The position numbers and the translations under genes were made by a program. The notes beneath the pieces were generated by a model. The model ran no database searches and was not told where the DNA came from. It worked only from the letters and a program-made list of their open reading frames with translations. A DNA stretch of 64,000 nucleotides from an uncultured Acidobacteriota bacterium. GTDB taxonomy: Bacteria; Acidobacteriota; Thermoanaerobaculia; Multivoradales; UBA5704. Shown one piece after another: positions 19,970 through 30,367 of this stretch; position 1 is the first letter of the stretch, and every line of letters starts with the position of its first letter. The stretch lies in the NCBI GenBank assembly GCA_963770895.1, contig CAVYRF010000001.1, positions 192,001-256,000 on the forward strand, given 5' to 3'.

Positions 19970-21262
19970 CTAGTGCGCTGCGGCGGCCGCGGGGGGCGCG
20001 CCGAAGCGGTCCAAGATCCAATGGGTCACGATGTCGAGCACCTCGGGTGACATCGTCTGCTCGATCGTGGCGTATTCGTCGGGACTGCCGGTACCGGCGT
20101 CCTGGAACATGTGGTTGAGCCCCTTCAAGTTGCGGATCGTGACGTCCTTGTCGCCGGCGTCGCGCAGGGCGTGGGCGATGGCCGGCATGTTTTCGTCGGC
20201 GACCACCTGCATGTCCTTGTCGCCGAACAGCGCCAGCACCGGCACGTGCACCTTGCGCAACGCGGGCTGCGGGTCGTAGCCGACGAAGAAACGATACCAG
20301 GGGGTCGCCATGGTCCTGGCGCTGCTGTCGATCACCGCCTCGGCGTCGCCGCCCAGGGCGGCGATGTCGGCCGGCGTCGCCATCTTGAGCCCTTCGCGCA
20401 GCAGCGGGCGCAGCAGGTCGCGCCGCACCGGCTCGCTCTTTTCTTCGCGCACGATGGCCAGGATGTGGCGTTCCAGCTCCAGGCGCTGGCGCACCACCTC
20501 GTCGGGCACGTGGGCGGCGAGCAGCAGCGCCTGCGTCTGGTGCATCAGGATCGCTTCGCCCGGCAGGCCGGTGCCGGCGAGCAGCACCACGAAAGCCACG
20601 TCGCGCGAGCGGCTGGCGGCGAGCGGCGCCACGACGCCGCCCTCGCTGTGGCCGATCAGGCCGATGCGGCCCTTGGCGATCTCGGGCTGGGTGGCCAGGA
20701 AGCGCACGCCGGCCAGCGCGTCGCCGGCAAAGTCTTCGTCGGTCGCCTGGTCGTTGACGCCCGTCGAACCGCCGACGCCGCGGTCGTCCACCCGCAGCAC
20801 GGCGATGCCGGCGCGCGTCAGGCGATCCGCCAGGATCAGGAACGGCCGGTGGCCGAACATCTCTTCGTCGCGGTTCTGCGCGCCGCTGCCCGAGATCAAC
20901 ACCGCCGCCACGAACGGCCCAGGCCCGGCGGGCAGGGTCAGCGACCCCGCCAGGTGGATGGTGCCGCTCTGGTAGCCCACCTCGCGCACCACGTACGGGT
21001 ACGGCAGCCGCGGCTCCTGCGGCCGCGCCGGCGCTGGAGCCGCAGCTGGCGCGAGGGCCGGGGCCGGGGGCTGCGCGCCGGCCGGCTCCGCCGCCGCCGG
21101 CATTGCCGCCAGCAGGCCGGCGGTCAGCAGGCGCGCGGCCAGCAGGCGAGCGGCCGGCAGCCAGGCCGGCGCGGAGTGCCGCGGCACGCGTGGCGCGCAT
21201 GCCGGGAGCAGCCAGCGGGAGCGGATCTGCGCAGGGGTGATCATCGGGTCGGCGCTCGACAT
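19970..21262 (-). CDS. Alpha/beta hydrolase, secreted
   Basis: RPQEP..PYPY, GSGAQNRDEE, D.RGVG.S, GHSEG, G.KD.QV, NH.FQ motifs; start 21262 or 21244. Confidence 0.9.
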   Translation of the reverse strand: MSSADPMITPAQIRSRWLLPACAPRVPRHSAPAWLPAARLLAARLLTAGLLAAMPAAAEPAGAQPPAPALAPAAAPAPARPQEPRLPYPYVVREVGYQSGTIHLAGSLTLPAGPGPFVAAVLISGSGAQNRDEEMFGHRPFLILADRLTRAGIAVLRVDDRGVGGSTGVNDQATDEDFAGDALAGVRFLATQPEIAKGRIGLIGHSEGGVVAPLAASRSRDVAFVVLLAGTGLPGEAILMHQTQALLLAAHVPDEVVRQRLELERHILAIVREEKSEPVRRDLLRPLLREGLKMATPADIAALGGDAEAVIDSSARTMATPWYRFFVGYDPQPALRKVHVPVLALFGDKDMQVVADENMPAIAHALRDAGDKDVTIRNLKGLNHMFQDAGTGSPDEYATIEQTMSPEVLDIVTHWILDRFGAPPAAAAAH

Positions 21263-21362
21263 TACTACAGGATCGGCCGGCCGTCCTGGGCATCCTGGAG
21301 CCGCGGAGCCGCGGCACGCCCCGCCTCGGGACGGCGTTGCCGCCGCTCGCTGCTCTGCACTG

Positions 21363-21875
21363 CTAGGTGACCGGCGGCGGGGTGGCGGGCGGCGAGGTTA
21401 GCGGGGTGGTCAGGGATTTGGACATCTCGATGAAGTGACAGGGGATCTTGAGCGGCGTGCCGGGCGGAAAGTGCGAGATGGCGCCGGTTTCGACGTAGCC
21501 GCGGCGGCGATAGAAGTCTGCCAGGCCCTGCCGTACGTTGACGATGCGCAGGTCGATGGCGCGGCAGCCGGCGGCCAGGGCGTGTGCTTCGGCCGCCGCC
21601 ATCAGCTGCGATCCGACGCCGCCGCGCCGGAGCCGGCGGTCCACGGACAGCAGGCCCAGGTAGAGGCGCTCGCCGCGCGGCTCGAGGTGGACGCAGCCGG
21701 CCGGGACGCCGTCGTCGTCGCACGCCAGCAGGAAGGTGCCGGAGGCGAGCAGGCCGCGCACCGTGTCCTGGTCGATGCGGTCGCCGTCGATGAAGAAGCG
21801 TTCGACGCGAAACGCTTCGTTGATCAGCGCGGTGATCTGCGCCGCGTCGGCAGGGCCGGCGATGCTCAGGTGCAT
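21363..21875 (-). CDS. GNAT acetyltransferase
   Basis: LIN.AF.VE.FF..G.R, LLSVD...R.GG.G, FY.RRGY motifs. Confidence 0.88.
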   Translation of the reverse strand: MHLSIAGPADAAQITALINEAFRVERFFIDGDRIDQDTVRGLLASGTFLLACDDDGVPAGCVHLEPRGERLYLGLLSVDRRLRRGGVGSQLMAAAEAHALAAGCRAIDLRIVNVRQGLADFYRRRGYVETGAISHFPPGTPLKIPCHFIEMSKSLTTPLTSPPATPPPVT

Positions 21876-21954
21876 GGCGCCATCGTCAGCGGTCTTTGAG
21901 CGCGGCCGCGTGCCCGCTCTGCGTGGGGCGCCGTCGGCCGACGCACCGCTTCGG

Positions 21955-23727
21955 TTACCCGGCTCCCAGCCGGCCGGCGCGGCGCAGGCGGGTGAGGTGG
22001 GCCAGGATCTGGCGCATGGCGAGCGGGTGGGCCGCGGCCGGCACGTCGTCGTAGACCGTGGCCAGCATCTCCTGCGGCTCGTGCTTGCCTTCGCTCCAGG
22101 CCTGGAGCACCCGCTGCTCGCGCCACAGGCGGTGCTCGGTGTATTCGGCCAGCTTGGCGGCGGCGTTCTTGACCGCCGGACCGTGGCCGGGAAAGAGCGT
22201 CCGCGGCGCCAGCGCGCTCATCCGGGCCAGCGACCCCAGGTAGTCGTCCATGTCGCCCTCGGGGGGATCGACGACGATGGTGCCCAGGCCGGCCACCATG
22301 TCGCCGGCGAGGAGCGACCGCTGGCCGTGCTCCAGGAAGCACAGGTGGCCGCGCGCGTGCCCCGGCGTGTGCACCACCTCGACCACCATGTCGGGCGCGT
22401 CCTCGCCGCCGCTGCTGCTACCGGGGCCGGCGCCGCGCAACGTGTGCCGCTCGCCGTCGCGCAGCTCGCCGTCGAGGGTGCCGTGGGCCGCCAGGCGCTC
22501 GGCGGTCGCGGCGTGAGCCAGCACCGGCACGCCGAGCCGCTGGCGCAGCTCCGGCACGCCCGCCACGTGGTCGGGGTGATGGTGGGTGAGCCAGATCGCC
22601 GTCACCCGCCGCCCCAGCCGCTCGCGGGCGGCCGTCAGGGCGGCCAGCAGGCGCTCGATCTCGGCCGGGTCGGCGGCGCCCGGATCGACCAGCACCGCCT
22701 CGCCGAAGCCCAGCAGGTAGGCGTTGGTGGTCATCGCCGGCGGCAGCGTCCGGGTGGCGAGCGGGAACATCAGCACGCCCGGCCGCAGCTCCACCCGCAG
22801 CAGCGGCCCCAGCCTGGCCTGGCGCGTGTCGCGCAGGTGCGGCAGCCCCGCCGCCGGGCCCTCCTCACCCAGCACCTGCAGCAGGTGCAGGATGGGCGGG
22901 GCCGCCAGGGTGTCGCCGCGGTGCCAGGTCTGCCAGGCCGCCGCCGGGTCGATCCATTCGCCCGATTCCAGCTCGCCGGGCAACACCTGCGGCTGCACCG
23001 CTTCGCCGGCCGGCCATTCCAGCAGGAAGAAGCGGTTGTCGAAGCGCAGCGGCGCGAAGGGCGGCGTCAGCCAGCGCCCGGCGTAGACCAGCCGCGACGC
23101 ATCGGCCTCCAGGCCCAGCCCGGCCAGGATCTCGGCAAACGGCTTGCCGGCCAGCAGCTCCTGGCGCGCCGCGGCCAGCTGCTCGGGCGCCGGCCCGCCG
23201 CCAGCCGACTGCGCTCCGCCGCCGGCGTCATCGGTGGCACCGGCGCCGCTCGCGGCGCCCGCGCCGGTGGCGGCGGCCGGCCGGGCGAGCAGCAGGCCGG
23301 TCTCCTCGAACAGCTCGCGGATGGCGCATGCCAGGATGCCCGGCGCCAGCGCGGGGGTCTGCCCGTCGCCAGCGTCGTCGGCGGAGGCCTGCCTGCCATC
23401 CGCGGCGCCCGCGGCGTTCGGGGGGGGCGGGTCGGCCGGGGCCGCCGGGTCGCCCGCGCCGGCGGGCGGGACGACCTGGACCGCCGCGTCCGTGCGCGCC
23501 AGGCCGCCGCCCGGGAAGGCGTGCCAGCCGCCCATGAACGGCAGCGCTTCGCTGCGCTTGATCCAGAACACCTGGATGCCGCCGCCGCCGGCTTCCGTGG
23601 CGCGGCGCCATGGCACCACCGCCGCCGAGGCGCGGGGGGGCGGCAGGCTGCCGCCCGCCGCGGGAGCCTGCTTTGCCAATCCCTGCAGCACCGCTTCGTA
23701 GACGTTGCCCGCCGGCGTTTCGCTCAT
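21955..23727 (-). CDS. NUDIX + metallo-beta-lactamase (LACTB2-like) fusion
   Basis: FPGG..A.RELFEETG NUDIX box and RFDNRFF; THHHPDH, HTPGH.RGH, GD and PGHG MBL motifs; winged-helix tail. Confidence 0.88.
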   Translation of the reverse strand: MSETPAGNVYEAVLQGLAKQAPAAGGSLPPPRASAAVVPWRRATEAGGGGIQVFWIKRSEALPFMGGWHAFPGGGLARTDAAVQVVPPAGAGDPAAPADPPPPNAAGAADGRQASADDAGDGQTPALAPGILACAIRELFEETGLLLARPAAATGAGAASGAGATDDAGGGAQSAGGGPAPEQLAAARQELLAGKPFAEILAGLGLEADASRLVYAGRWLTPPFAPLRFDNRFFLLEWPAGEAVQPQVLPGELESGEWIDPAAAWQTWHRGDTLAAPPILHLLQVLGEEGPAAGLPHLRDTRQARLGPLLRVELRPGVLMFPLATRTLPPAMTTNAYLLGFGEAVLVDPGAADPAEIERLLAALTAARERLGRRVTAIWLTHHHPDHVAGVPELRQRLGVPVLAHAATAERLAAHGTLDGELRDGERHTLRGAGPGSSSGGEDAPDMVVEVVHTPGHARGHLCFLEHGQRSLLAGDMVAGLGTIVVDPPEGDMDDYLGSLARMSALAPRTLFPGHGPAVKNAAAKLAEYTEHRLWREQRVLQAWSEGKHEPQEMLATVYDDVPAAAHPLAMRQILAHLTRLRRAGRLGAG

Positions 23728-23907
23728 GGCCGGCTTATATCAGCTGAGCGCGGCGCGGCCCAAGCGATCCCCACCCGCCACCCGGCATCCGTCACCAGGC
23801 ATCCGTCATCCGCCATCCGGCCCCCCGCCAGCACCAGCGGCGTTAGAATGTCACCTGAGCGTCACGGTGGCGCGAGAAGCAGACATCCACAACGGGAGCG
23901 CGACCTG

Positions 23908-25965
23908 ATGAAACCAGATGCCGTCGTCCGATTGACCCCGGGCAAGCGCGTGCTGTTCCTGACCAAGGACCCGGACCTCATCCGCCGCCAGCTGCGGGGC
24001 GAGCTGGACCTGCGGATGGCGGACCTGACGGTCGATCAGCTGCTCGACGACATCAATACCGACGCCATGACGCCGGCCTGGGTCTGCTTCAGCCACCGGC
24101 CCGAGGACATCGCCCGCGACGCCTACGCCGGGTTGATCGTCGACAGCAAGCGGTTGTTCGAGCGCGACGCGCTGATCGACGGCAACTTCGAGGTCATCGT
24201 GTCGGGCCTGCGCAAGGGCGTCGGCAGCTCGCGCGAAACCGCGGTGCAGGCGGAGAAGTGGTCCGGCATCCGCATCGCCATCGCCGCCTCGTTCGCCCCC
24301 ATCCACGCCCGCAACAACATCAGTCAGGGCGTGCTGATGGGCAACCACGACCAGCTGCGGCGGCTGCAAAACGGTGAAGGCATCCCGCTGGCCGAGTTCT
24401 ACGCCGGCTACGACCCCATCACCCGCATCGTCGGCGAGCACGGCGGCCTGTTCCCGTTCTCCAAGGCGCTGGCCGCCGGCACGGTCGACCTGCCGCGGCC
24501 GCAGACCGCGGCGCGGCCGATGACCATGGCGGAAAAGCTCCTGGCCCGACACCTGCTGCCGGCGGCCGCCGGCGACCCCGGTGAGCTGGGCGACCCGGGC
24601 GACGCGGGCCAGGGCTACGTCAAGCCGGGCGACGCGGTGGTGGTCAACGTCGACGGCGGGTATTCGCACGAGTTCACCACCGCCCAGGTGCACTACTTCC
24701 TGGAGCAGGAGCACGGCGCCGCCTACACGATCAAGAACCCGGCGCGGTTTGCGGTCTTCGAAGACCACCTGATCTACGCCGACGAAGTGCCCAAGATGCG
24801 GCCCTTCGCCGAGAAGATCGAGACCCTGCGCCAGCTGCAGCGGGAGTTTCAGGCGCACACCGGGGTGCGCAACTTCGCCGCCCAGGGCGGCCTGTCGCCC
24901 GGCATCTGCCACGAGGTGGCGCGCGAGGCGTTGATCGAGCCGGGCGATTTCATCCAGGCGACCGACAGCCACACCTGCATGGGCGGCGTCAACAACGCCC
25001 TGACCTGGGGCGTCGGCGCCACCGAGTACGCCGACCTGATCCATTCGGGCTTCACCCAGGTCGAGGTGCCCGAATCGATCCGCTTCGAGCTCACCGGCAA
25101 GCTCCAGACCGGGGTCACCGCCAAGGACGTGATGCTCTACATCCTGCTCAACTACGCCAAGCGGGAGATGACGCTCGACCGGGTGATGGAGTTCACCGGT
25201 CCGGGTGTGTCGACGCTGTCGATGGACGAGCGCGCCACCCTCACCAACATGGCGACCGAATGCACCGCCAAGACCGCCATCGTCATCGCCGACGACGAGA
25301 CCTTCCGCTGGCTGGCCGAATGGCGTCCCGACGCCGATGCCGCGACGCGCGAGCGCTGGCGCAGCCGCGCCGTCGCACCCGACGCGGAGGCCCACTACCA
25401 CGGCGGCGTCCACACCATCGACCTGTCCGCGATGCGGCCGATGGTCGCCCATCCCGGCGATCCCGACCGCGGCATCCCCTCCGATCCCACCAATGGCGCC
25501 TGGGTCGACCAGCTCGGCGAAGTGAAAATCGACATCGCCTACGGCGGCAGCTGCACTGCCGGCAAGATCGACGACCTGATCTTCTACCACCAGGTGGTCA
25601 AGGAGGCCGTCGACGCCGGTCTGCGCGTCGCTCCCGGCGTCCGCTTCCTCATCCAGTGCGGCTCGGCGGCGGTGGAGGCGTTCGTGCGCGACAACGGGCT
25701 GGCGGACACCTTCGAGCGCGCCGGCGTGACGCTCATCCATCCCGGTTGCGGCGCCTGTATCGGCTGCGGTCCCGGCGTCTCCGAAACCCCCGGCGAAGTC
25801 ACCGTGTCGGCGATCAACCGCAACTACAAGGGACGGTCCGGTCCGGGGAAGCTCTGGCTGGCGTCGCCCCTGACGGTTGCCGCGTCCGCCTTCACCGGCA
25901 CCATCACCGCCTATCGGCCGGGGATGTTCGCCCACCTCGCGCACGGCGTGCCCGCGCTGCGCTGA
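23908..25965 (+). CDS. Aconitase family hydratase: LeuD-like swivel fused N-terminal to LeuC-like domain
   Basis: DINTD and G.GSSRE swivel motifs, then MTMAEK, EDH, GICH, DSHT.M.G, GSCT and CGAC.G Fe-S ligands. Confidence 0.9.
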   Translation: MKPDAVVRLTPGKRVLFLTKDPDLIRRQLRGELDLRMADLTVDQLLDDINTDAMTPAWVCFSHRPEDIARDAYAGLIVDSKRLFERDALIDGNFEVIVSGLRKGVGSSRETAVQAEKWSGIRIAIAASFAPIHARNNISQGVLMGNHDQLRRLQNGEGIPLAEFYAGYDPITRIVGEHGGLFPFSKALAAGTVDLPRPQTAARPMTMAEKLLARHLLPAAAGDPGELGDPGDAGQGYVKPGDAVVVNVDGGYSHEFTTAQVHYFLEQEHGAAYTIKNPARFAVFEDHLIYADEVPKMRPFAEKIETLRQLQREFQAHTGVRNFAAQGGLSPGICHEVAREALIEPGDFIQATDSHTCMGGVNNALTWGVGATEYADLIHSGFTQVEVPESIRFELTGKLQTGVTAKDVMLYILLNYAKREMTLDRVMEFTGPGVSTLSMDERATLTNMATECTAKTAIVIADDETFRWLAEWRPDADAATRERWRSRAVAPDAEAHYHGGVHTIDLSAMRPMVAHPGDPDRGIPSDPTNGAWVDQLGEVKIDIAYGGSCTAGKIDDLIFYHQVVKEAVDAGLRVAPGVRFLIQCGSAAVEAFVRDNGLADTFERAGVTLIHPGCGACIGCGPGVSETPGEVTVSAINRNYKGRSGPGKLWLASPLTVAASAFTGTITAYRPGMFAHLAHGVPALR

Positions 25966-27343
25966 GGCTCGCCCGAGCGGCCGGCGGCGCGGCGGTCGCG
26001 GTCGCCGCAGCCATCGGCGGACGCGGTTCGGCCGCCGCCGCCCGCGGTGCCGCCGGCGGGCCGCCGCCGGGATCGGTCGGCCGGCGACAGGCGTCCAGCT
26101 TGGCGGTGAAGAAGTCGCGTTCGGCGCGGCTGCGCGCCAGGTCGAGCGCCGCCGCAAAATGCGGTGCCGCCTGGGCCGGCCGGCCCGCCAGCAGGTGAAA
26201 CTCGGCCAGCGCCGCGGGCAGGAAGGGATAGTCCTTGAGCCTGGCCGCGTCGGCGATGCGGCCCAACTCAGCCAGGCCGATTTCAGGCCCGCGCGCGTGG
26301 CCCAGGGCGATGGCGCGGTTCAGGGCGACGATCGACGTGGGCGTCAGCTGATACAGCAGGTCGTAGATCTCGACGATCTTCCCCCAATCGGTGCTTTCCC
26401 AGGTGGCGGCGGCGCAATGCTGGGCGGCGATGGCCGCCTGCAGGTGGTACTCGCTCAGCTCGCTGCCCGTCGCTGCCAGGGTAAGGAAGTGGAACCCGCG
26501 CGCGATCAGCTCGCGGTCCCACCGCGTGCGGTCCTGGAGCGCCAGCTGGATCAAGCCGCCCTGCTCGTCGATCCGGCCCGGCAGGCGCGCCGCGTGAAAG
26601 CAGAGGAGCGCCAGCAGGGCGTGGGTTCCGGGTGTCCTCGCCAAGGGGTGGTCGTCGAGCAGCAGCGCCAGCCGGATCGCTTCGCAACACAGCTCCTGGC
26701 GCACCATGCGGTCGGGGCGGCTGCCGTGGTATCCCTCGTTGAACAGCAGGTAGATGGCCTGGTGGATCACGTCGAGGCGGGCGGGGATCTCGGTGGCTTC
26801 GGGGATCGCGACCGCCGTGCCGGCGGCGCGAAAGAATTGCCTGGCCCTGCCCAGGCGCTTTTCGATCGTATCCTGGCCGGCCAGCAGGGCGTGGGCGATC
26901 TCCGCGACGCTGAAGCCGCACAGGGTCTTCAGGATCAGGGTCACCTGCGCCGCGGTGGACAGCTCGGGATGGCAACAGGCAAACATCATGCGTAGCTGGT
27001 CGTCCTCGATCTCCTGATCGAAAGCCGGCGCGGCCGCGGGCAGCTCCTCCCGCAGCCGCAACAGGTGGATCAGCTCGGGAGCGAACAGGCGAAACTGATC
27101 GTCCCGCCGGACCAGGTCGATGGCGCGGTTGCGGGCGACCCGCATCAGCCAGGCGGAGGGGTTTTCGGGCACGCCGTGCATCGGCCACAGCTCGAGCGCC
27201 CGGCACAGCGTGTCCATCACCACGTCCTCGGCCAGCTCCAGCCGTCCCAGGCCGAAGACTCTGGCCAGATACGAAACCATCTTTCCCGCCTCGCGGCGGA
27301 AAAGATGGTTGACCAGCTCGGGCACGCTGCCTGTAGCTTCCAT
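25904..27343 (-). CDS. ECF sigma factor with DUF6596/TPR C-terminal extension
   Basis: W...G.P.NP.AWL..VARN, DD.LR..F.CCHP, YLLFNEGY, QDRT.WD, Y.LQAAIAA.H motifs. Confidence 0.9.
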   Translation of the reverse strand: MEATGSVPELVNHLFRREAGKMVSYLARVFGLGRLELAEDVVMDTLCRALELWPMHGVPENPSAWLMRVARNRAIDLVRRDDQFRLFAPELIHLLRLREELPAAAPAFDQEIEDDQLRMMFACCHPELSTAAQVTLILKTLCGFSVAEIAHALLAGQDTIEKRLGRARQFFRAAGTAVAIPEATEIPARLDVIHQAIYLLFNEGYHGSRPDRMVRQELCCEAIRLALLLDDHPLARTPGTHALLALLCFHAARLPGRIDEQGGLIQLALQDRTRWDRELIARGFHFLTLAATGSELSEYHLQAAIAAQHCAAATWESTDWGKIVEIYDLLYQLTPTSIVALNRAIALGHARGPEIGLAELGRIADAARLKDYPFLPAALAEFHLLAGRPAQAAPHFAAALDLARSRAERDFFTAKLDACRRPTDPGGGPPAAPRAAAAEPRPPMAAATATAAPPAARASLSAARARRARGGRTSPADRR

Positions 27344-27410
27344 CGGTTTGGCGTCGTTTGGCGTCGTTCGGCGCCGTCGGGCGCCGGGCGCGTCGCCTGG
27401 CGTTTCTGCC

Positions 27411-27758
27411 TTACATCGAGATCGTCGGACGGATCTCCACGGTGCCGTCGGCATCCAGGATGGGACAGCCCTTGGACAGCTCGACCGCCTGGTCGAGGTC
27501 CTTGGCGTCGATGATCACATAGCCGGCAATGGTGTCCTTGGATTCGGCATAGGGCCCATCGGTGACGGTCTTGTTCTTGCCGCGGACGACCTTGCCCGTA
27601 GAGTCAAGGCGCTCGCCGGCTTGTTGGATGTGGCCGTTTTTGGTGAGGGTCTCCATCCAGCCCATCCACTGCTGCATGACCTGCTGCATCTGCTCGGGGG
27701 ACATCGAGCGCGTCGCCAAATAGGTGTCATTGCGGAACAGGAACATGAACTGAGCCAT
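27411..27758 (-). CDS. YciI/DGPF family protein
   Basis: VTDGPYAESKD.IAGY..I.A...D.A......CP....G.VEIRP; the usual partner upstream of DUF6596 ECFs. Confidence 0.92.
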   Translation of the reverse strand: MAQFMFLFRNDTYLATRSMSPEQMQQVMQQWMGWMETLTKNGHIQQAGERLDSTGKVVRGKNKTVTDGPYAESKDTIAGYVIIDAKDLDQAVELSKGCPILDADGTVEIRPTISM

Positions 27759-27900
27759 TGCGGGTCTCCGTTTTCTTGTTGCCGTCTGGTTTCCTGGGGA
27801 CGCCCGATCCGTCGGGCGCTTTCACCCATACGACGAGTGGCGACGCGAGAACCGGACAGTGCTCAGGAGCGCCGTCGCAATGGCGGCCGGGGCCGCCGCC

Positions 27901-29745
27901 TCAGTTCGCGCTGACCACGCAGATGCCGTCGCCGGCCCAGGTCTTGAGCTGGACCGGGGTCATGGGGAGCATGGGGTTGGGGTAGCCGTGGGGGAAATTG
28001 CTGGAGTAGCCGTTGACCACCGGCACGTTGGCTTGCAGGCCGGCCCACATGGCTGCCAGGTGGCCGACAAAGAACGTGCTCCCCGGCTTGATGGGAGCAT
28101 AGATGGCGCGGCACCCTGGGGGGATGCGCGCCTGGATGCGCTGGACGCGGGCGAAGAAAGGCTTTTTGGCCCCGGCCGGCAGGCCCTTGACGTGCTGCTC
28201 GGCGATGCCGAAGACCACCAGCCCGGCCAGCAGGACGCAGCCGGCAAGGCGCGGCAACCGGCCGTGGTGCTCCAGGCGGTCCCGCACCCGGCGCAGCGCG
28301 CCTTCCGTCCCGCCCATGGCGAAAGGGATGGCCAGCAGATACACCACCGTCCAGATGCGCGCCACGGCGCGAAAGGCGGCGCCGCCGGGGACGTGCTTGA
28401 ACACCGACCACCAGAGGGTGATGGCGGGGTACGCGCGGCGCAGGTGCCACCCTTCGAGCGTGAAGCGCGGCCACACCAGCGAAAGCGCGATCAGCACCAG
28501 GACGCTGGTGGCGCACGCCAGCAGAAAGCGCGGGTCAGGGATCGCTCGGCGGTGCGTGTTGCCGGCGTCGGCTGGCGTCTGCGCCGTGAGCTTGTCGCGG
28601 CTTGCGAATGTTGCGGACGCTGCGGACGCTGCGGATGGAGCGGACACTACGCATGGAGCGGACGCCGCGGATGGAGCGGGCGGTGCACAGGGAGCCGGTG
28701 GGCGGCGCCATCGGGCGAGCAGGTGCAGGGCCGCGACGATGCTCAGGCCGATGAGGGTGAAACCGGCGAACAGGGAGCGCTCCCACGGATTCTTGGAGAT
28801 GGGGGCGAGGACCGGCAGCAGGTGGCCGTAGATACTTCCCTGCGCCACCGTGAACCACAGGCTGGGGCTGGGCAGAAAGATCGCGACGTCGTCCCAGGAG
28901 CGGTAGCCGAACTCCTTGCCAGCAATCAGGAACGGGCGGAAGCTGGCATAGGTCAGGCCCAGCCAGGCGAGGATCGCCAGGCCACAGTACAGCGGCCGGC
29001 TGCGCGCGAAGGCCGCCAGGCGCCGGGCCGCCGCGGGGTCGTACAGCAGCCACAGGGGCACCAGGATCGCCAGCCCGAACAGCAGGAACCAGCCGAGATA
29101 GATCCCCGCCATCAGCTGCAGGTACAGGACCACCAGCAGAGCGGCCAGCCTGAGCCGGCCGGGAGAGGCCAGCAGGCGATAGAGCGCCAGCAGCACCAGC
29201 GGGCCAAAAAACGCGGTCAGAATGTGCAGATGCCCCATCTGCAGGACGCGCGGCATGCCGAAGGCAAAGATGTAGGCTCCGAGCGCCGTCAGCGCCGGCC
29301 TCACCCCAAGGCCTGCGAGCAGCACGGCCATCGTCAGGAAGCAGAGGACCACGCAAGCCAGCACCACGATCTGATAGGCCAGGACGGGTGAGCACCACGG
29401 CCGTGCCAGCGCGTAGATGGGCAGCACTCCCGCCATGTGCTCCGAGTATGCCAGCACGCCATGAGCGGGGTAGAAGAACGGTGGCGACCAGAAGGTGCCG
29501 ACGTAGCCAGGGACGGTGAGCGAACGCAGCTCGTGCTCCAGCAGGTAGGCGCTCAGCAGGGGATCGCCGATGTCGGATTGCAGGCCGTTAAAGTGGCTTT
29601 CCAAGGTCGGCTTGCTGGTGTTCCACAGCCCGGCCAGACCGACAACCACAAAGAGGGCGGCGACCAGCGCTCGCGCGGCGCGCTGTGCCGGGGGGCGACG
29701 CCGGACCGCGTCGTGCCGGGCCGCGTCATGCGATGCCGGAACCAA
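27901..29745 (-). CDS. Multi-TM membrane protein, GT-C-fold glycosyltransferase-like
   Basis: GDP.L..Y, W.PPFFYP...LAYSE, R..ARIW and P.VNGYS motifs; start uncertain (TTG 29745). Confidence 0.65.
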   Translation of the reverse strand: MVPASHDAARHDAVRRRPPAQRAARALVAALFVVVGLAGLWNTSKPTLESHFNGLQSDIGDPLLSAYLLEHELRSLTVPGYVGTFWSPPFFYPAHGVLAYSEHMAGVLPIYALARPWCSPVLAYQIVVLACVVLCFLTMAVLLAGLGVRPALTALGAYIFAFGMPRVLQMGHLHILTAFFGPLVLLALYRLLASPGRLRLAALLVVLYLQLMAGIYLGWFLLFGLAILVPLWLLYDPAAARRLAAFARSRPLYCGLAILAWLGLTYASFRPFLIAGKEFGYRSWDDVAIFLPSPSLWFTVAQGSIYGHLLPVLAPISKNPWERSLFAGFTLIGLSIVAALHLLARWRRPPAPCAPPAPSAASAPCVVSAPSAASAASATFASRDKLTAQTPADAGNTHRRAIPDPRFLLACATSVLVLIALSLVWPRFTLEGWHLRRAYPAITLWWSVFKHVPGGAAFRAVARIWTVVYLLAIPFAMGGTEGALRRVRDRLEHHGRLPRLAGCVLLAGLVVFGIAEQHVKGLPAGAKKPFFARVQRIQARIPPGCRAIYAPIKPGSTFFVGHLAAMWAGLQANVPVVNGYSSNFPHGYPNPMLPMTPVQLKTWAGDGICVVSAN

Positions 29746-29828
29746 GAGAGGTGGTCTGCGGGCGGGAGAGGAGCCAGGCGGCGGCAGGTGGGAACCCCGA
29801 CCTGCCGCCCGAGCGATCGGCGCGGAAG

Positions 29829-30320
29829 CTACTGGAAGTAGCCGGTCACGTCCAGCACGACCTGCACCGTGCTGCCGGTGGCGGCGCCCAGGATGACCGA
29901 CAGGTCGTCGGCATTGGTCGAAAGCGGCACGATCGCGCCGTTGGCCAGGGCCCCGTCGGCAGTGGTGAAGTTGATCGTCGACACGGTGGGCAGCGATTGC
30001 CCCGACGGCCACAGGGCGAGCCAGCCGTTGCCGGAGGTGAACACCGGCGACACCGCCGTGACGTTGAGCGCCACCGCCGCGGCGGTGGAGGGCACGCCGC
30101 AATTACCGCGGATCGCAAAGTTGCGGGTTTGGCCGGCGGTCAGCTGAGGACCACCGTCGGTGCCGGTGGCATTGCGGGTGTCCACGACCCGGCAGGGGGT
30201 CACGGGGTAGTAGTCGTAGGGTCCGCCGGCATGTGCGGCGGAGGTCGCCACGACCAGCTTGGCAACACCAACCGTCAGCAACGCTCCCAACATCCAACCA
30301 CGTCGTACAGACCTCAGCAT
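29829..30320 (-). CDS. Secreted protein consisting of one 'TPCR..DTR...DV.GYF' beta domain
   Basis: Signal peptide, AAGGAG RBS; domain is paralogous to the C-terminus of the 30634-32469 protein. Confidence 0.85.
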   Translation of the reverse strand: MLRSVRRGWMLGALLTVGVAKLVVATSAAHAGGPYDYYPVTPCRVVDTRNATGTDGGPQLTAGQTRNFAIRGNCGVPSTAAAVALNVTAVSPVFTSGNGWLALWPSGQSLPTVSTINFTTADGALANGAIVPLSTNADDLSVILGAATGSTVQVVLDVTGYFQ

Positions 30321-30367
30321 AACGACTCCTTTTTATGCGCACAGCAGAGGGGGCGCTATTCTGCGAT

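Noticed and set aside
17300-21262. S9 and alpha/beta peptidases as maturation enzymes of the 8434-8592 peptide
   Set aside because: About 9 kb away, separated by unrelated operons and common in this type of genome; GG leaders are normally cut by C39 peptidases.
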